A DNA stretch of 64,000 bases, taken from assembly GCA_902620895.1 (NCBI GenBank), contig CACNJU010000005.1, positions 20,635 through 84,634 on the forward strand, given 5' to 3'. This stretch comes from an uncultured Prochlorococcus sp. Its GTDB lineage: Bacteria > Cyanobacteriota > Cyanobacteriia > PCC-6307 > Cyanobiaceae. This document shows positions 59,843 to 64,000 of this stretch, one piece after another (within the stretch, counting starts at the first letter, position 1; each line of letters begins with the position of its first letter). The notes under the pieces are model-generated. The model saw only the letters and a program-made list of their open reading frames with translations. It ran no database searches and had not been told where the DNA came from. The position numbers and the translations under genes are program-made.

Positions 59843-60472
59843 TTAGTGATGTACCTTTTGCTTGTTTCGATTGTTGGGTATTTGTGATTCTAAAAATTGA
59901 GTTATTTCTTCAACTCCTATGCCGTTACTTAGGTTGGTAAAAAACCATGGTTTCCCTTTTCTCATAAATTCAGTATCACTTTTCATAATATTTAAATCTG
60001 CACCAACCATATCTGCTAAGTCAATTTTGTTTATTAATAATAAATCTGACCTTGTTATACCTGGTCCCCCTTTTCTAGGAATTTTGTCTCCTGCAGATAC
60101 ATCAATCACATATATTGATAAATCTACAAGTTCTGGACTAAAACTTGATGCTAAATTATCACCTCCACTTTCTACAAAAACAAAATCTAAAGGATTATAT
60201 TTATTTTCTAAATCTAAAACTGCATTTTTATTTAGTGAACAATCCTCTCTTATTGCTGTATGAGGACAACCTCCTGTTTCTACACCAATAATCCTTCCCT
60301 CCTCTAAAACTTTTTTATTTATTAGAAAGTTAGCATCTTCTTTGGTGTAAATATCATTGGTGACAACTGCTATCTCATAATTTTCTTTCAGGCTTAAGCA
60401 TAGAGTCTCTACTAATGCAGTTTTTCCTGACCCTACGGGCCCAGCAACTCCTACCCTCAATTTACTGCTCAT
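59843..60472 (-). CDS. ureG: Urease accessory GTPase
   Basis: [34 protein letters not shown]. Confidence 0.97.
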   Translation of the reverse strand: MSSKLRVGVAGPVGSGKTALVETLCLSLKENYEIAVVTNDIYTKEDANFLINKKVLEEGRIIGVETGGCPHTAIREDCSLNKNAVLDLENKYNPLDFVFVESGGDNLASSFSPELVDLSIYVIDVSAGDKIPRKGGPGITRSDLLLINKIDLADMVGADLNIMKSDTEFMRKGKPWFFTNLSNGIGVEEITQFLESQIPNNRNKQKVHH

Positions 60473-60475
60473 AAA

Positions 60476-61162
60476 TTAATTTCTAAAAAGTTTTGTATAA
60501 AGGTCATTATGATTTTGTTGAGCCATAGCTAAACCTACATTGCCAAAATAGATCTCATCAATTTCTTTGTCCATAATTTCTTTAGAAACTTTTGAAATTA
60601 TTGCTAATAAATCTCTTTGAATTAATTGTGCTTTTGTTGAACCAATGGGAATAATCCTTAATGCAGCACTTAGTTGGTTTGCACTCCAAGCGTACAAAAA
60701 ATTTTCAATCATTTCTAACTTCGTTATTTCAAAACAATAACAAGACCAACTCCACGCTAAAGGCCAGGAGTTTTTTTTATTTTTTTTATATAGATATTCA
60801 AATCCAAATTCTTTGTTTAAATCAAAGAGAGATTTTGCCATTTGAATTTGTTGTTCTCTCATTTCGAGAGAGTCTTTTGATGAGAGGATCCACTTATCCA
60901 AACTTAATAGCTTTTGCAAATTTCTTTTTGAATTTTTATTGTCTTTTAACTCATTAAAAATTTCAAAAAAATCTAATAATAGTCTTCCATCTAGTCTAAT
61001 CTGACCAATTTTCAGTTCACTTATGATTAATTCTTTTACCGAATTTGAGTCTTTTAAATTTTTAGAATTTAGGTAACTTTCCAATCCCTCCGAATAACAA
61101 AATCCTCCAACTGGTAAGTTAGGGCTTATTAATAAATATTTTAATAAGTGACTTTTACTCAT
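60476..61162 (-). CDS. ureF: Urease accessory protein
   Basis: SPNLPVGGFCYSEGLE, C-terminal H..LYTKLFRN. Confidence 0.92.
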   Translation of the reverse strand: MSKSHLLKYLLISPNLPVGGFCYSEGLESYLNSKNLKDSNSVKELIISELKIGQIRLDGRLLLDFFEIFNELKDNKNSKRNLQKLLSLDKWILSSKDSLEMREQQIQMAKSLFDLNKEFGFEYLYKKNKKNSWPLAWSWSCYCFEITKLEMIENFLYAWSANQLSAALRIIPIGSTKAQLIQRDLLAIISKVSKEIMDKEIDEIYFGNVGLAMAQQNHNDLYTKLFRN

Positions 61163-61610
61163 GACTATGAGCACCTCTTTCCGGAAAAAATTTTTTTTGG
61201 ATATTTACGATATGAACATTAAAATTTTTAAGCATATTTTCAATTAAGTAATCACCTTTTGTTAGAAGAATATCTTCATCAATTTCTACTTCTACATGTC
61301 TATTTCCTAAATGATAAGCAGTTCTAATAAGTTCAATTTTAGAATTTGAACTTATTTCAATTAAATTTTCTGTTTTGGCAATTATTTCTACATAAAAATT
61401 GGACTCGTTAGTTAAAAGAATATCTCCATCATTTAATTTGCCCTCTCTAGGTAATTGTAAAATTATTTCTTGATCACAATCAGTTAATCTTTTACCTCTT
61501 AAGATTCTTCTTTCATCTGAACTTAGGGTAAGTTTTAAAAAAGAACCTAATCTCGGTTTTTCCTTAATCCAATCAGTTACAACTATTTGTTTATTCATAC
61601 TCATAATCAA
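61155..61610 (-). CDS. ureE: Urease accessory nickel chaperone
   Basis: LNDGD, AYHLGNRH, FPERGAHSH; start may be 61604 or 61598. Confidence 0.92.
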   Translation of the reverse strand: MIMSMNKQIVVTDWIKEKPRLGSFLKLTLSSDERRILRGKRLTDCDQEIILQLPREGKLNDGDILLTNESNFYVEIIAKTENLIEISSNSKIELIRTAYHLGNRHVEVEIDEDILLTKGDYLIENMLKNFNVHIVNIQKKFFPERGAHSHE

Positions 61611-61652
61611 AATTTTTGGTTACTTTAATTTAGTAATTAAAGAAAACAATTT

Positions 61653-62555
61653 ATGATTAAAACTTCTTGGGAAGGTAATTGTTTCTTAAATTTTTCCAAT
61701 AATAAAGCAAGTTTAGGAAATGTTGACAAAACAATCTTTAAATCTAAATCAACTTCCCCTTACAAGTTATTAAAGTCTACTCATGATCAGGAGGGCAGAT
61801 GTATTTTACCTGTTCTTCATACTGCAGGGGGATTGGTTGGAGGCGATTTACTTAAGTTTGAGGTAAATCTTGAAAAAAACTCTAAGGTTTTATTGACTAC
61901 TTCTTCAGCTCAGAAAGTTTATGGATCAGTTGGGATATCTAAAATTAATCCAAAAGGAACTTTTTCTAATCAACAAAATCTCATAAAAATTTTTGATAAT
62001 TCTCATTTGGAATATCTTCCTCAAGAAACAATTATCTTTGCAAATGGTTTATATGATCAAAATTTTAAAGTATCTATTTCAGAAACTTCAAGTTTTTTAT
62101 TTACTGACTTAATAAGACTTGGAAGATCTTCTTCCGGAGAATCTATTGAAAGTGGAGTTTTTAGGTCTAAATTAGAAATTATGAGAAATAATGATTTATA
62201 TGATGATTGGGAATATGTTGATCAAATTGAATTATCGAAGGCAAGTTATGAGGCCAAGTCAGGGATGGATTACATGCCTGTTTTTGGATCTTTAATTTGG
62301 ATTTGCGAAAAAGATTTTTCCAAGTCAAAAATAAAAAATCTTGTTGGAAATATAAAAAAGATTTTCAAAGAAACTGATAATAATTTATCTATTGGAATAC
62401 TTGAGAATGGAATCTCTGTAAGATTCTTAGGGAGTTCTTCTCAAGATGCTAGGAAATGTTTTTTTTGTATTTGGAAACAAATTAGGTCTGTTTGTGGTTT
62501 TTGTGAGCCAAAATATCAAGGTGTATGGCCATTACAAGATTCTATGAATTATTAA
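61653..62555 (+). CDS. ureD: Urease accessory protein
   Basis: [30 protein letters not shown]. Confidence 0.93.
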   Translation: MIKTSWEGNCFLNFSNNKASLGNVDKTIFKSKSTSPYKLLKSTHDQEGRCILPVLHTAGGLVGGDLLKFEVNLEKNSKVLLTTSSAQKVYGSVGISKINPKGTFSNQQNLIKIFDNSHLEYLPQETIIFANGLYDQNFKVSISETSSFLFTDLIRLGRSSSGESIESGVFRSKLEIMRNNDLYDDWEYVDQIELSKASYEAKSGMDYMPVFGSLIWICEKDFSKSKIKNLVGNIKKIFKETDNNLSIGILENGISVRFLGSSSQDARKCFFCIWKQIRSVCGFCEPKYQGVWPLQDSMNY

Positions 62556-62605
62556 TTATGTTCAGAAAGAACCTTTTTTAAGAATTTATAGTTTAATTTT
62601 TTATT

Positions 62606-62908
62606 ATGCATCTTTCACCTCAAGAAAAGGATAAATTATTGATTTTTTCCGCTGCACTCTTAGCTGAAAGAAGGCTAAGTCGAGGCCTTAAGCTTAACTA
62701 TCCTGAAACAATTGCTTTTTTGAGTTTTCAAGTTCTTGAGGGAGCTCGAGATGGAAAAAGCGTAAGTCAATTAATGTCGGAGGGAACAACCTGGCTTTCA
62801 AAATCACAAGTTATGGAAGGCATTCCTGAAATGGTTGATGAAGTCCAAATCGAAGCAGTTTTCCCTGATGGGTCAAAGTTAGTAACTATTCACAATCCAA
62901 TTAACTAG
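62606..62908 (+). CDS. ureA: Urease gamma subunit
   Basis: [29 protein letters not shown]. Confidence 0.97.
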   Translation: MHLSPQEKDKLLIFSAALLAERRLSRGLKLNYPETIAFLSFQVLEGARDGKSVSQLMSEGTTWLSKSQVMEGIPEMVDEVQIEAVFPDGSKLVTIHNPIN

Positions 62909-62910
62909 TT

Positions 62911-63231
62911 ATGAGTAATTTAATTCCGGGCCAAATAATTTCTGAACAAGGTGAAATCGAATTAAATCTTGGTAAGGAAGTTAGAACAGTTAAGGTTTCT
63001 AATTCGGGCGATAGACCTATACAAATTGGATCTCATTATCATTTTTTTGAAGCTAATAAGGCTTTAATTTTTGATCGAGAAATAACTCTAGGGATGCGTC
63101 TTGACATTCCTGCAGGGACAGCAATTAGATTTGAACCTGGAGATACAACTGATGTCAAATTAGTTCCATATACAGGTTTAAGAGTTGTACATGGTTTTAA
63201 TTCATTGGTTAACGGTTATTTAGATACTTAA
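62911..63231 (+). CDS. ureB: Urease beta subunit
   Basis: [32 protein letters not shown]. Confidence 0.97.
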   Translation: MSNLIPGQIISEQGEIELNLGKEVRTVKVSNSGDRPIQIGSHYHFFEANKALIFDREITLGMRLDIPAGTAIRFEPGDTTDVKLVPYTGLRVVHGFNSLVNGYLDT

Positions 63232-63235
63232 AGTT

Positions 63236-64000
63236 ATGTCCTATAAAATTGACAGAAATACTTATGCTCAAACTTACGGACCCACTTCCGGAGATAGAGT
63301 AAGGCTTGCTGATACTGAACTTTTTATAGAAGTAGAAAAGGATTTAACTACATATGGTGATGAAGTTAAATTCGGTGGAGGTAAAGTTATTCGAGATGGG
63401 ATGGGACAGTCTCAGGTAAGAAGAGCTGATGGAGCTGTAGATACAGTAATAACTAATGCTTTGATCGTAGATTGGTGGGGAATAATTAAAGCTGATGTTG
63501 GTATAAAAGATGGAATGATTTTTGAAATTGGTAAGGCTGGTAATCCTGATATCCAGGATAATGTCGATATTGTTATTGGTGCATCAACAGAAGTAATAGC
63601 AGGTGAGGGGCATATTCTTACCGCAGGATCAATAGACACGCATATACACTTTATCTGTCCACAACAAATTGAGACAGCACTAGCCTCCGGTATTACAACC
63701 ATGTTAGGAGGAGGAACTGGACCTGCAACTGGCACAAATGCTACTACTTGTACTCCAGGTTCTTTTCATATTTCAAGAATGCTTCAATCTGCAGAAGCAT
63801 TTCCCATGAATTTAGGATTTTTTGGAAAAGGAAACTCAACAAATGAGAGTAATCTTATTGATCAGGTTGAAGCTGGTGCGTGTGGATTAAAGCTTCATGA
63901 GGATTGGGGGACAACTCCCTCTACAATAAATTCTTGTCTTAATGTTGCAGATAAGTTTGACGTACAAGTATGTATTCATACTGATACTTTGAATGAAGCA
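63236..64000 (+). CDS. ureC: Urease alpha subunit (3' truncated by window edge)
   Basis: [48 protein letters not shown]. Confidence 0.97.
   Translation, partial: MSYKIDRNTYAQTYGPTSGDRVRLADTELFIEVEKDLTTYGDEVKFGGGKVIRDGMGQSQVRRADGAVDTVITNALIVDWWGIIKADVGIKDGMIFEIGKAGNPDIQDNVDIVIGASTEVIAGEGHILTAGSIDTHIHFICPQQIETALASGITTMLGGGTGPATGTNATTCTPGSFHISRMLQSAEAFPMNLGFFGKGNSTNESNLIDQVEAGACGLKLHEDWGTTPSTINSCLNVADKFDVQVCIHTDTLNEA

Noticed and set aside
61633-61647. GTAATTAAAGAAAAC between ureE and ureD as an NtcA site
   Set aside because: Spacer is 9 and one half-site is imperfect
62523-62535. GTATGGCCATTAC upstream of ureA as an NtcA site
   Set aside because: Spacer is 7, not 8, and the sequence is explained by UreD codons VWPLQ
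10-63735. Many antisense or nested ORFs in the track (e.g. 10-360, 10493-10786, 29518-29829, 40587-40997, 55687-56121, 56789-57259, 63412-63735)
   Set aside because: They lie on the opposite strand or in another frame of well-supported genes and have no motifs; typical shadow ORFs
1-64000. CRISPR array, tRNA/rRNA, IS element, integrase or prophage
   Set aside because: No regular repeat-spacer units, cloverleaf or GC-rich RNA genes, or recombinase/transposase ORFs seen

Overview
AT-rich, densely coded chromosomal segment of a marine picocyanobacterium, almost certainly a high-light Prochlorococcus. Supporting markers are a Prochlorococcus-type chlorophyllide a oxygenase, proteobacterial-type PRK, tandem class II and class I aldolases, and the urt/ure cluster. 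Positions 1-45 kb are core housekeeping: recG, sir, glyS, chlP, typA, lptB, ccsA, rpe, glpX, hemA, glgC, gnd, pgl, ilvD, upp, cobW, purSQ, fbaA, class I fba, accD, prk, leuB, lpxD, proB, ruvX, ycf55, hisA, pgsA and nth. Positions 45-50.5 kb form an iron/metal locus: futC, ferritin, a Cys-rich Crp-family regulator, three Fur-like boxes, a Rieske oxygenase, and two microproteins missing from the ORF track (a 40-aa Cys/Lys peptide and a 33-aa membrane peptide). Positions 50.6-54.6 kb are a very AT-rich island of about a dozen small ORFs, including a ribbon-helix-helix regulator flanked by repeated operator-like motifs. Positions 54.6-64 kb hold the urea transporter (urtABCDE, with an NtcA promoter) and the urease genes (ureEFG, ureDABC). 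Three genes, including the essential accD, carry +1 homopolymer frameshifts, most likely assembly errors. I saw no tRNA, rRNA, CRISPR array or mobile element.
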